The translations under genes were made by a program, and so were the position numbers. Below the pieces are notes generated by a model. It was not told the DNA's origin. It searched no databases and saw nothing but the letters and a program-made list of their open reading frames with translations. Shown piece by piece: positions 7,053 to 14,388 of a stretch of DNA of 20,319 nt. Each line of letters starts with the position of its first letter. Positions within the stretch are counted from its first letter, which is position 1. This DNA comes from Candidatus Micrarchaeota archaeon (lineage in GTDB: Archaea; Micrarchaeota; Micrarchaeia; Anstonellales; Anstonellaceae). The DNA is taken from positions 1 through 20,319 of the forward strand of contig JBDRNY010000035.1 in assembly GCA_043810635.1 (NCBI GenBank), in the 5' to 3' direction.

Positions 7053-7898
7053 TTATTCCTGGTGCTGGAGGCGGTAGGCAAGCACTGTGTTTGCAAGAAG
7101 GGAGGCAACAGTCATTGGCCCCACCCCTCCGGGGACGGGTGTTATGTAAGAGGCAACTTTTTTTGCAGATGTGAAATCCACGTCGCCGCAAATTTTTCCG
7201 TTATTTAACCTGTTGATTCCCACATCAACCACTACCGCGCCTTTTTTTATCATTTTTCCTGAAATTAAATTTGGCTTTCCGACTGCAACAAAAAGAAAGT
7301 CTGCCTGCTTTGTTATTGAGGAAAGGTTGGATGTTTTGGAATGGGCTGTTGTTATTGTTGCATTTTCCATAAGCAAAAGCTGGGCAAGGGGCTTGCCTAC
7401 TGTGTTGGAGCGGCCTACAACAACGCAATGCTTTCCTGCAACATCAAGGGAGTATTCTGCAAGAAGGTGCATAATTCCTGCGGGAGTGGCTGGCTTGAGG
7501 CGGGGTTTTCCTGCTGCAAGGCGGCCGAGGTTTGAAGTGGTGAAGCCGTCAACATCTTTGAAAGAGTCTATTGATTCCTGTATGTCAAGGGTGTTGAGGT
7601 TTGGGGGGAGGGGGGTTTGTACAATTATTCCGTTTATGCTGTCATCATTGTTCAAGTCATGTATTTTCTCGATAATTTCATCCTGCTCAACATCATGCTC
7701 AAAATTTATTGTTTTGGATTTTATTCCGATTTTTTGGCATGCCTGCTCTTTTTTCTTTAAATAAATGCCTGAAGCAGAATCTTTTCCGATTCTTATTAAT
7801 GCAAGGGAAGAGGGGGAGTCAAATTTTTGTATTTTTGCAGTAAGCTGCTTGAGCCATTTGGAAGCAACTTCTTTTCCGTCCAAAATTTTTGAAACCAT
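7053..7898 (-). CDS. folD: Bifunctional methylenetetrahydrofolate dehydrogenase/cyclohydrolase
   Basis: ILDGKEVA, YLKKK, GIIVQTPLP, KDVDGF, PATPAGI, VVVGRSNTVGKP, VVVDVGIN and ITPVPGGVGPMTVASL. Start moved to the ATG at 7898 (MVSKILDGK), which removes the overlap with glyA. Confidence 0.96.
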   Translation of the reverse strand: MVSKILDGKEVASKWLKQLTAKIQKFDSPSSLALIRIGKDSASGIYLKKKEQACQKIGIKSKTINFEHDVEQDEIIEKIHDLNNDDSINGIIVQTPLPPNLNTLDIQESIDSFKDVDGFTTSNLGRLAAGKPRLKPATPAGIMHLLAEYSLDVAGKHCVVVGRSNTVGKPLAQLLLMENATITTAHSKTSNLSSITKQADFLFVAVGKPNLISGKMIKKGAVVVDVGINRLNNGKICGDVDFTSAKKVASYITPVPGGVGPMTVASLLANTVLAYRLQHQE

Positions 7899-7914
7899 AC
7901 TAAACACAGGGGGT

Positions 7915-9156
7915 TTATTTGCATAAATCCGGATATACTGGAAATTGCGAGGCAAGCTTTTTTATTTCATCTTTCACTTTCTTTTTTATTTTCCCGTCTT
8001 TAGGGGAGCGGAGCACTTCGTCTATCCAGTGGGCAATTTTTTGCATTTCTTCTTCTTTCATTCCGCGGGTGGTAATTGCGGGGGTGCCTATGCGAAGTCC
8101 GGATGTTATGAAAGGGCTTTGGGGGTCGGAAGGTATGGTGTTTTTGTTTGTTGTTATGCCTGCTTCATCAAGAGCGTTTTGGGCTTCTTTTCCTGTCAAT
8201 TCCCTTTTGCGCAAATCTATCAGCATCAAATGGTTGTCGGTTCCGCCGGTTATTAGATTGAATTTTAAATCTGAAAGTGCGGAAGCAAGGGCTTGCGCGT
8301 TTTTTATTATTTGGGAAGCGTAAATTTTGAAAGAGGGGGAAGATGCTTCTTTAAATGCTACGGCGCGGGCCATTATCTGGTTTTCAAAAGGCCCTCCCTG
8401 CAATCCGGGAAATACTGCCCTGTCAATTTGCTTTGCATATTTTTCTTTGCATAATATGAAAGCCCCGCGGGGGCCGCGCAATGTTTTGTGGGTGGTGGAA
8501 GAAATCACTTCTGCATATGGAACAGGGTCGGGGTGAAGTTTTGCTGCAATCAAGCCGGCTATATGGGCCATGTCAACAAGCAATTTTGCATTGCATTCAT
8601 CTGCAATTTTCCTGAATTTTGAAAAATCTATTTGGCGGGGGTAGGCAGTATAGCCTGCTATTATTAATCTGGGCTTTTGATGGTCTGCAATTTCAGCTAT
8701 TTTATTGTAATCAAGAAGATGGGTTTCTGGGTGGAGGGTGTAGGGAAGTATTTGGTAGTATTTGCCTGAAAAATTTACCTTAAGGCCGTGGGTAAGGTGC
8801 CCGCCTTCTGTAAGGGAAAGCCCCATAATTTTGTCCCCTGTTTCAAGCAATGCATAATATACTGCCATATTTGCAGAAGAGCCGGAATGGGACTGCACAT
8901 TTGCATGCTGGGCGTTGAATAATTTTTTTGCCCTGTATATTGCAATCAGCTCGATTTCATCAACAAACTGGTTGCCCCCGTAATAGCGCTTGCCGGGGTA
9001 GCCTTCTGAATATTTGTTTGTTAAAATTCCTCCCGAAGCTGCCATTACATCCAAAGAAGCATAATTTTCAGATGGGATGAGCTCTAATCCTTCTTCCTGC
9101 CTTCTCCATTCTTTTTTGTATAAATTCCAAATTTCTGGGTCAAATTTTGAAAGCAT
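7915..9156 (-). CDS. glyA: Serine hydroxymethyltransferase (bacterial-type, THF-dependent)
   Basis: LELIPSENY, NKYSEGYPGKRYYGG, GGHLTHG, DMAHIAGL, STTHKTLRGPRG (PLP lysine) and TSGLRIGTPAITTRG. Likely start is the ATG at 9156 after a GGTG RBS; alternative 9180. Confidence 0.97.
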   Translation of the reverse strand: MLSKFDPEIWNLYKKEWRRQEEGLELIPSENYASLDVMAASGGILTNKYSEGYPGKRYYGGNQFVDEIELIAIYRAKKLFNAQHANVQSHSGSSANMAVYYALLETGDKIMGLSLTEGGHLTHGLKVNFSGKYYQILPYTLHPETHLLDYNKIAEIADHQKPRLIIAGYTAYPRQIDFSKFRKIADECNAKLLVDMAHIAGLIAAKLHPDPVPYAEVISSTTHKTLRGPRGAFILCKEKYAKQIDRAVFPGLQGGPFENQIMARAVAFKEASSPSFKIYASQIIKNAQALASALSDLKFNLITGGTDNHLMLIDLRKRELTGKEAQNALDEAGITTNKNTIPSDPQSPFITSGLRIGTPAITTRGMKEEEMQKIAHWIDEVLRSPKDGKIKKKVKDEIKKLASQFPVYPDLCK

Positions 9157-9340
9157 AATTGCACCATTTTCTTTTTTCATATTTCAAACTTTTTTTTCAT
9201 AAATTCCAGGTTTCGGCTGCCATTTCAACCGCAACATTTATTTTTTTCATAATTTCCATCCATTATTTCAAACTCTTTTTTCATAAATCTCCGCTGTCGG
9301 CTTTTCCACCGCACCTTTTCATTTTCTTTCTTTTTCCCCC
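9157..9340. repeat. Degenerate ~84-bp direct repeat in the purB-glyA intergenic region
   Basis: tatttcaaacttttttttcataaat (9180-9204) vs tatttcaaactcttttttcataaat (9264-9288), 24/25 identical. Both are followed by similar tcggct...accgca motifs. Confidence 0.7.
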
Positions 9341-10669
9341 CTATTTTTCGGAAACCGTGTTTTTCACAATTTCATTTGCTTTTCCGATATAGGTATGCGC
9401 ATCAAACAATTTTTCAAGCTGCTTTTTTGAAAGCAGTTTTTTTACCTGCGCATCTTCGGAAAGAATTTCCTGGAGTGATTTTTTCTCGCTAAACGCTTTT
9501 TTTGCGCTTTCGCGCATAAGCTCGTGGGCTTCCTGCCTGTCCATCCCCTTCTTTGTTAATTCTATCATAATTCTTTCTGCAAGTATTGCGCCTTTTGTAA
9601 GCTGCAAATTTTTCTCAATATTTTCAGGGAAAAATTCGAGCGAGGAAATAATTGCCTGCATTTGCTTTAGCATAAAATCGCACAATATGAATGATTCGGG
9701 TATGATAAACCTCTCGTTTGCAGAATTTGTCAAATCCCTTTCATGCTCAAGGGAAATGTTTTCCATTGCAACTAAGAGGTGGGAGCGCATAATGCGGGCA
9801 AGAGAGCAAATTCTTTCGCATTTGTGGGGGTTGCGCTTGTGGGGCATTGTTGAGGAGCCAACTTGCTTTGCTGAAAATGACTCGGCAATTTCCAATATTT
9901 CATTCCTTGAAAGGTTGCGTATTTCTTTTGCAATTTGCTCAAGCGTGGAAGAAATAGTTGCAAGCGCGAAAATCATTTGTGCATGCCTTTCCCTTCCCAC
10001 AACCTGGCAGGAAATGGGCGCGGGGGAAAGCGCAAGCTCGTTCATAATAATTTCCTGAAGTTTGAATGCATCATCCCCGAAAGTTGCCATAGTGCCTACA
10101 GCACCGCTCATTTTTCCTACAGAAATTTGCTTTATTGCATTGTCAAGCAGGGAAATGTGCCTTTTTACTGCATCATAATAGAGGGCGAATTTCATTCCAT
10201 AAGTGGTTGGCACTGCATGCTGGCCATGGGTGCGCCCGACGCACACAACATTCTTTTTTTCCAATGCCAGCTTTCCTAAAATATCTTTTAATCCTACAAG
10301 GCGGGAGCGTATCAATCCCGCCCCATCGCGCATTACAAGCGCAAGCGCAGTGTCTTCAATATCATAGCTTGTTGCGCCAAAATGCACATATCCGCCAAAT
10401 TTCGGGCATTGCTCGCTCAATGCTTTTACCATTGCCATTAGATCATGGTGTATTTCACTCTCGATTTCCAATACCCGGGAAAGGGAAACTTTTTCAGATG
10501 CTTTTTCAATTTCAGCTGCAGCTTCTTTTGGCATGTGCCCCAGCTTTGCATGGGCGTGGGCGAGCGCAATTTCCACCCTAATCCATGAGCGCAGGCGTGC
10601 CTCTTCATCAAAAAGAGCGTTCATTTCTGTCTTGTACCTTCCCTCAATAGGAGAAATTGCCATAAACAT
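9341..10669 (-). CDS. purB: Adenylosuccinate lyase (archaeal type)
   Basis: MAISPIEGRY, VHFGATSYDIEDTA, GRTHGQHAVPTTYG and the fumarase-family signature GSSTMPHKRNP...E. Start at 10669 or 10663. Confidence 0.96.
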   Translation of the reverse strand: MFMAISPIEGRYKTEMNALFDEEARLRSWIRVEIALAHAHAKLGHMPKEAAAEIEKASEKVSLSRVLEIESEIHHDLMAMVKALSEQCPKFGGYVHFGATSYDIEDTALALVMRDGAGLIRSRLVGLKDILGKLALEKKNVVCVGRTHGQHAVPTTYGMKFALYYDAVKRHISLLDNAIKQISVGKMSGAVGTMATFGDDAFKLQEIIMNELALSPAPISCQVVGRERHAQMIFALATISSTLEQIAKEIRNLSRNEILEIAESFSAKQVGSSTMPHKRNPHKCERICSLARIMRSHLLVAMENISLEHERDLTNSANERFIIPESFILCDFMLKQMQAIISSLEFFPENIEKNLQLTKGAILAERIMIELTKKGMDRQEAHELMRESAKKAFSEKKSLQEILSEDAQVKKLLSKKQLEKLFDAHTYIGKANEIVKNTVSEK

Positions 10670-10695
10670 TACCCCTAATTTGATTTCTCAATTAA

Positions 10696-10705
10696 TATAT
10701 AAAAA
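10696..10705 (-). promoter_or_regulatory. Putative TATA box for the purB/folate cluster
   Basis: TTTTTATATA on the minus strand about 27 nt upstream of the purB ATG, within a 55-bp intergenic gap. Confidence 0.5.
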
Positions 10706-10724
10706 TAGGATGGGCAGCATTAAA

Positions 10725-12116
10725 TCAGCCATACCCGCCCTGCCATTTTTTCTTTCCCTTCACTCCAAAGTAATATGCAAATGCTGCAACTGCCGCAAAA
10801 AATACGAAAGAGTAGAGGAAAAAGTTTCTGTCTCTTTCAGGCCAGGTTGCCACGCTTCCCAAAGAAGAGGAAAGCTCATATCCTAATGTGTCAAAAAATA
10901 CGCCTACATCTGCTACCGGAGAGGTGGGCTCGCGCTTGGGCCTTTTTACAGGTATTTGTCTGAGTCCGTATTTTTCCTTAAAAACATCTTCTGTTGTTCC
11001 TACAAAATGGCATACATCTCCTGTGCATGACAAATCAACCAGCAATTCAACAGAGCCTGCTTCCAAAACATCGCTTTCATAGCACTCTTCATCAATACAT
11101 ATCATTGCCTTGCCTTCCCTTTCCCCTACAAAAACTTCTTTTCGGCCTTCAGCACCCTGCCCTTCGCCCGGCCCGGGTCCCTGCTGTATAATATGCACGG
11201 GCGGGGGGATGTAAATGCTGGTGTCGGCTGAGCGGAATCCGCTTTTTGAAACACTTATATAATATTTGAATCCTGATGGGGCGGCGGTTGTATATACCCC
11301 GCCTGAATTAGCAGTTCCGTAAAAAGAGGAGCCGAGCTCGTTGTACATTGAAATGGTTGCGCCTGATTCTGTTTCTATCCTCAAATTTTTGCTGTCATAA
11401 GACCAGGTAAATGATATTAGGGGCAGGACTATATCGCCGCCAGTGGTGGGTACAGAGGTTACCGGCGCTGTAACTGCAAACAAATAAAATGTGTTTGAAG
11501 AGGATATGGAATAGGGAAGCGCAAATTCATAATCAAATGTGCGCCCGTCAAACCCTTTTGCAGAAGAGGAAGGAACAATAAATAAATAGGATGAGCCGCG
11601 CTGCACTATTCCCTGCTTAAATGCCTGCGGATTTTCAGTGCCGTTTGCATACTGGCCTGCCAAATAAAGGGTGGGGAGGGAAAGGGCAGTGGTGCTTCCG
11701 GCAGAGTCAGTGTATATTGCAAAGCTGGTTGTTTCATTGAAAACATAAGAGCTTGATTCGGCGCCGGTTAATGAAAAATGGGAATCAAAAGCGCTTAGAG
11801 TGGGAACTGAATAATTCCCGCTAAAAGGGCTTGAATCATCGGAAATGAAGTAGTAATGGTATGTTTGGGTGAAATTCATAAGCCGGGTGGCGTCGGTGGT
11901 ATTTCCAACAATATTTGAAGAAAGGGAAAATGTTGCGTTGCCTGCAGATGAGTTGGCAGAGCCGTAAAATGCATACCATCTGTCAGAATGCTGGGAAAAC
12001 GAGGTAATTTGAATGGATGTTATGTTGCCTCCTTGCGCTGAAACTGTTCCGTTAGAGCCGTTTGCGTAGGCAAAAGCGCTGAGCAAAAGCAAAGCAATGA
12101 TGCAAAATGCCTTCAT
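10725..12116 (-). CDS. Membrane-anchored surface protein: signal peptide, 'GGNIT' domain (paralogue of 13623-14327), Ig/PEGA-like domain, Cys-pair domain, C-terminal TM helix
   Basis: MKAFCIIALLLLSAFAYA signal; TVSAQGGNITSIQI...RWYAFYG...KGFDGRTFDYEFALP...TFYLFAVT; Pro/Thr and Pro/Gly linkers; YYISVSKSGF; CIDEEC and CTGDVC; FFLYSFVFFAAVAAFAYYFGV followed by KGKKK. GGAGG RBS before the ATG at 12116. Confidence 0.8.
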   Translation of the reverse strand: MKAFCIIALLLLSAFAYANGSNGTVSAQGGNITSIQITSFSQHSDRWYAFYGSANSSAGNATFSLSSNIVGNTTDATRLMNFTQTYHYYFISDDSSPFSGNYSVPTLSAFDSHFSLTGAESSSYVFNETTSFAIYTDSAGSTTALSLPTLYLAGQYANGTENPQAFKQGIVQRGSSYLFIVPSSSAKGFDGRTFDYEFALPYSISSSNTFYLFAVTAPVTSVPTTGGDIVLPLISFTWSYDSKNLRIETESGATISMYNELGSSFYGTANSGGVYTTAAPSGFKYYISVSKSGFRSADTSIYIPPPVHIIQQGPGPGEGQGAEGRKEVFVGEREGKAMICIDEECYESDVLEAGSVELLVDLSCTGDVCHFVGTTEDVFKEKYGLRQIPVKRPKREPTSPVADVGVFFDTLGYELSSSLGSVATWPERDRNFFLYSFVFFAAVAAFAYYFGVKGKKKWQGGYG

Positions 12117-12125
12117 CAAAACCTC

Positions 12126-13598
12126 CTACCTTTTCCTCCTTCTTTTATGCGCTCTTCCGCTTCTTCGTCTTGCGCCAAGCACTACATGCCCGCCCGGCTT
12201 TTCCCTGTGTATGAAAAGGTATGCTGCAACAAGCATTAGCAAAAGTGCGACAACAAACGAGAATATTTTAGCCCCTGTTTCCTGCGCATAATCTTTTGCA
12301 ACAGCCGGAGTTATTGTATAATTTGAAAATATGCTTAATGGAGATGCTGGAGGGGTGGAAGTTTCGGATTTTATTTGCTTGTAAGAAATTGCATCAATGC
12401 TTTCAGTTACATATGGGTCAGAGCCGGAATAGATGTGGAACAAAGCCTCGGAGATATATCCTCCTTTTACAAGAAAGCCTGCATCTAATGGTATAAATAC
12501 AACTTTTGTTTGCCCCGGGGCAAGAAGCTCCATTTTTGAAGAGCCCATTTTTCCGCCGTCAACTCCTGCCGCCGCGCGCACATAAGCATCCCATTCCCCT
12601 TTGTTTGTTATTTCAATTTCAAACCCTTTCGTATCCACAGCATATTTTACATCCCCGACCTCAAGCATTGTATTCGGGGTTGAGAGCTGCATTACTGCAA
12701 GAGGGTGCATTTTAGAATCTCCTGGAAAGCCTTCCCCAAGCACTGCATAAATCGGAATGCCTGTTTCTTTTTTTATTGATTCGATTGCCCCGCCTATTTC
12801 CGCATCTCCGTCAAGAACAATTCCCCTCTTTACCGTGCTTGTGCGTATCCATTCAATAAGCTCTTCGCTCGCCTCAGTTCTTCCGAGAAGGGCGATGGGG
12901 TATTCATTGGAAACCATTGATGCTTCAAATGTTTTTCCTGAAGCAAAAAGCGCCTGCTCTGGAGTGGAAATATCAGAATACATGGAAAGAATTTCCGCAT
13001 TGTCAAGGTAGATGGAGCCGGTATTTATTATCTGCACTTTTTCCTTATTTTCATCAGAAAGAGAGTTTGCAATGCTTCCGTATACAATAACTTTTCCTTT
13101 TTTTCTTAAATTTGATGCAGCAGAATTAACATCCTGCTCTTCGGTGAAATAAAGGCCGGAATGCGTGAGGGCTGCGTAAGGGGCGGCTGAAACAGCTTCC
13201 GCGCCTTTGGTTTTTGTGACAATTATCGCATAATTTCCTGTGGCAGAAGAGGCAAAATAATCTTCAAGAGAATCGCTTCTCATCACATTTATGTTAATTT
13301 TTGGGAGCGCCTCAACATCTTCCCCCATTTCTTCATAAACAGGGTTTTCAGATTCGTAATATAAAATATTGTCTTCAGAGTTTGCAATAATATCAAGCCA
13401 GTATTGGCCGTGGGGGGAGGTTAGAATAAATGCATATGGGTAGCCGTTCTGGACAGCATATACTGCCCCGCCTATTACATCCCAATAATCCTGGGAATTG
13501 ACAATTACCACAGTTTCTTTTTCAGTAAAATCCGCAACTCCTGCAAAAAGCATTCCCCCAAGCAGAAGCACAATGGAAATGAAAACAATATTTTTCAT
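12126..13598 (-). CDS. Membrane-anchored surface protein with cell-wall-binding-repeat-2-like motifs and a CARDB/Ig-like domain
   Basis: Signal MKNIVFISIVLLLGGMLFA (ATG at 13598, RBS GGGGTGA); VVIVNSQDYWDVIGGAVYA; AIIVTKTKGAEAVSAAPYAA; FEIEITNKGE; C-terminal TM FSFVVALLLMLVAAYLFI with an Arg-rich tail. Confidence 0.75.
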   Translation of the reverse strand: MKNIVFISIVLLLGGMLFAGVADFTEKETVVIVNSQDYWDVIGGAVYAVQNGYPYAFILTSPHGQYWLDIIANSEDNILYYESENPVYEEMGEDVEALPKININVMRSDSLEDYFASSATGNYAIIVTKTKGAEAVSAAPYAALTHSGLYFTEEQDVNSAASNLRKKGKVIVYGSIANSLSDENKEKVQIINTGSIYLDNAEILSMYSDISTPEQALFASGKTFEASMVSNEYPIALLGRTEASEELIEWIRTSTVKRGIVLDGDAEIGGAIESIKKETGIPIYAVLGEGFPGDSKMHPLAVMQLSTPNTMLEVGDVKYAVDTKGFEIEITNKGEWDAYVRAAAGVDGGKMGSSKMELLAPGQTKVVFIPLDAGFLVKGGYISEALFHIYSGSDPYVTESIDAISYKQIKSETSTPPASPLSIFSNYTITPAVAKDYAQETGAKIFSFVVALLLMLVAAYLFIHREKPGGHVVLGARRRSGRAHKRRRKR

Positions 13599-13622
13599 CA
13601 AATCACCCCGACCCCGACGCAC

Positions 13623-14327
13623 CTATTGAAGCTCTCCATAGAAATAATAAGTTGTTGCAGAAGCGTCCCCTGCAGCATCTTCAGGCACTATAAGCTGGAA
13701 GTGCGCAGAATCCCCGTTATATGCAACCCCGCTGCTGTTGACCAATCCCACAAAAACAAAATCTTCTGAATCACCGTCGGTTGAATGCCTCAGCACAACC
13801 TGCTCCCACACAGAAGAGCCTGTGGAATTTCTGGTAAGTATTTTTGGATAGGTGTTTGCATAAACACGGTATTGGCCTATGCTAAATGCAGAATTTGCAC
13901 TGTCTGTGCCCGTGTTTGGTGCAGAATCGCTTGCCCCTCCCAAAAATGAGAATGCAGAATCAACCTGTGAAAGGTTTGCAGAAGTGGCGTTTATTCCTGT
14001 GAAATTAACATTGCTGTCACGCGAAACATATATCTGGCCGGTTATATTGCTTGCATTCCAAAGCCTGAGAGTGCTGTTTCCGCCTGCAAGAGTAAGTGTG
14101 CCGGATATTGTTCCGTAAAATCCTTGCCAGTGAAGTGTTGAAGAGTTTATTGTCAAATTTACCCTGGTGATGTTGCCTCCCCATGCAGAAACCGTGCCTG
14201 CAGTCTGGTCTCCCAATGTGACAGGGGTGCCTGCAGAAATTGATGTACTGTTTATGCCTATTGGCAATGAAAATAAAAATCCGGAAAACAGGAAAAGAAT
14301 TGCAAACAATGCACATATCACTCTCAT
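13623..14327 (-). CDS. Secreted, sequon-rich beta-sheet protein ('GGNIT...WQGFYG...YYFYGELQ'); candidate filament subunit
   Basis: Signal MRVICALFAILFLFSGFLFS; no C-terminal anchor; 12 N-x-S/T sequons counted; aromatic terminal strand TTYYFYGELQ; RBS AAGGTGG and its own TATA-like box. Confidence 0.8.
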   Translation of the reverse strand: MRVICALFAILFLFSGFLFSLPIGINSTSISAGTPVTLGDQTAGTVSAWGGNITRVNLTINSSTLHWQGFYGTISGTLTLAGGNSTLRLWNASNITGQIYVSRDSNVNFTGINATSANLSQVDSAFSFLGGASDSAPNTGTDSANSAFSIGQYRVYANTYPKILTRNSTGSSVWEQVVLRHSTDGDSEDFVFVGLVNSSGVAYNGDSAHFQLIVPEDAAGDASATTYYFYGELQ

Positions 14328-14360
14328 CACAAACCACCTTTTATATAATTAAACAATTGA

Positions 14361-14375
14361 TATATAATATAAAAA
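14361..14375 (-). promoter_or_regulatory. Putative internal TATA box driving the secreted-subunit gene
   Basis: TTTTTATATTATATA on the minus strand in the AT-rich gap 14328-14388, upstream of the AAGGTGG RBS. Confidence 0.45.
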
Positions 14376-14388
14376 CATATTGTGCCCC

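Noticed and set aside
7899..7955. Longer starts given in the ORF track for folD (7955), and likewise 13622, 16101 and 7108
   Set aside because: Downstream ATGs have better RBS spacing, family-typical N-termini or signal peptides, and avoid overlap with or abutment on neighbouring genes.
9157..9340. ZTP (pfl) or THF riboswitch upstream of glyA (GCCGAC and CCTGG fragments)
   Set aside because: The complementary stems and pseudoknot partner sequences are not present, and the region is mostly A-rich and unpaired.
13623..14327. Archaellin or type IV pilin
   Set aside because: The N-terminus is a class I signal peptide without the class III K/R-G followed by a hydrophobic stretch with +5 E, and no ATPase, TadC-like or prepilin peptidase gene is nearby.
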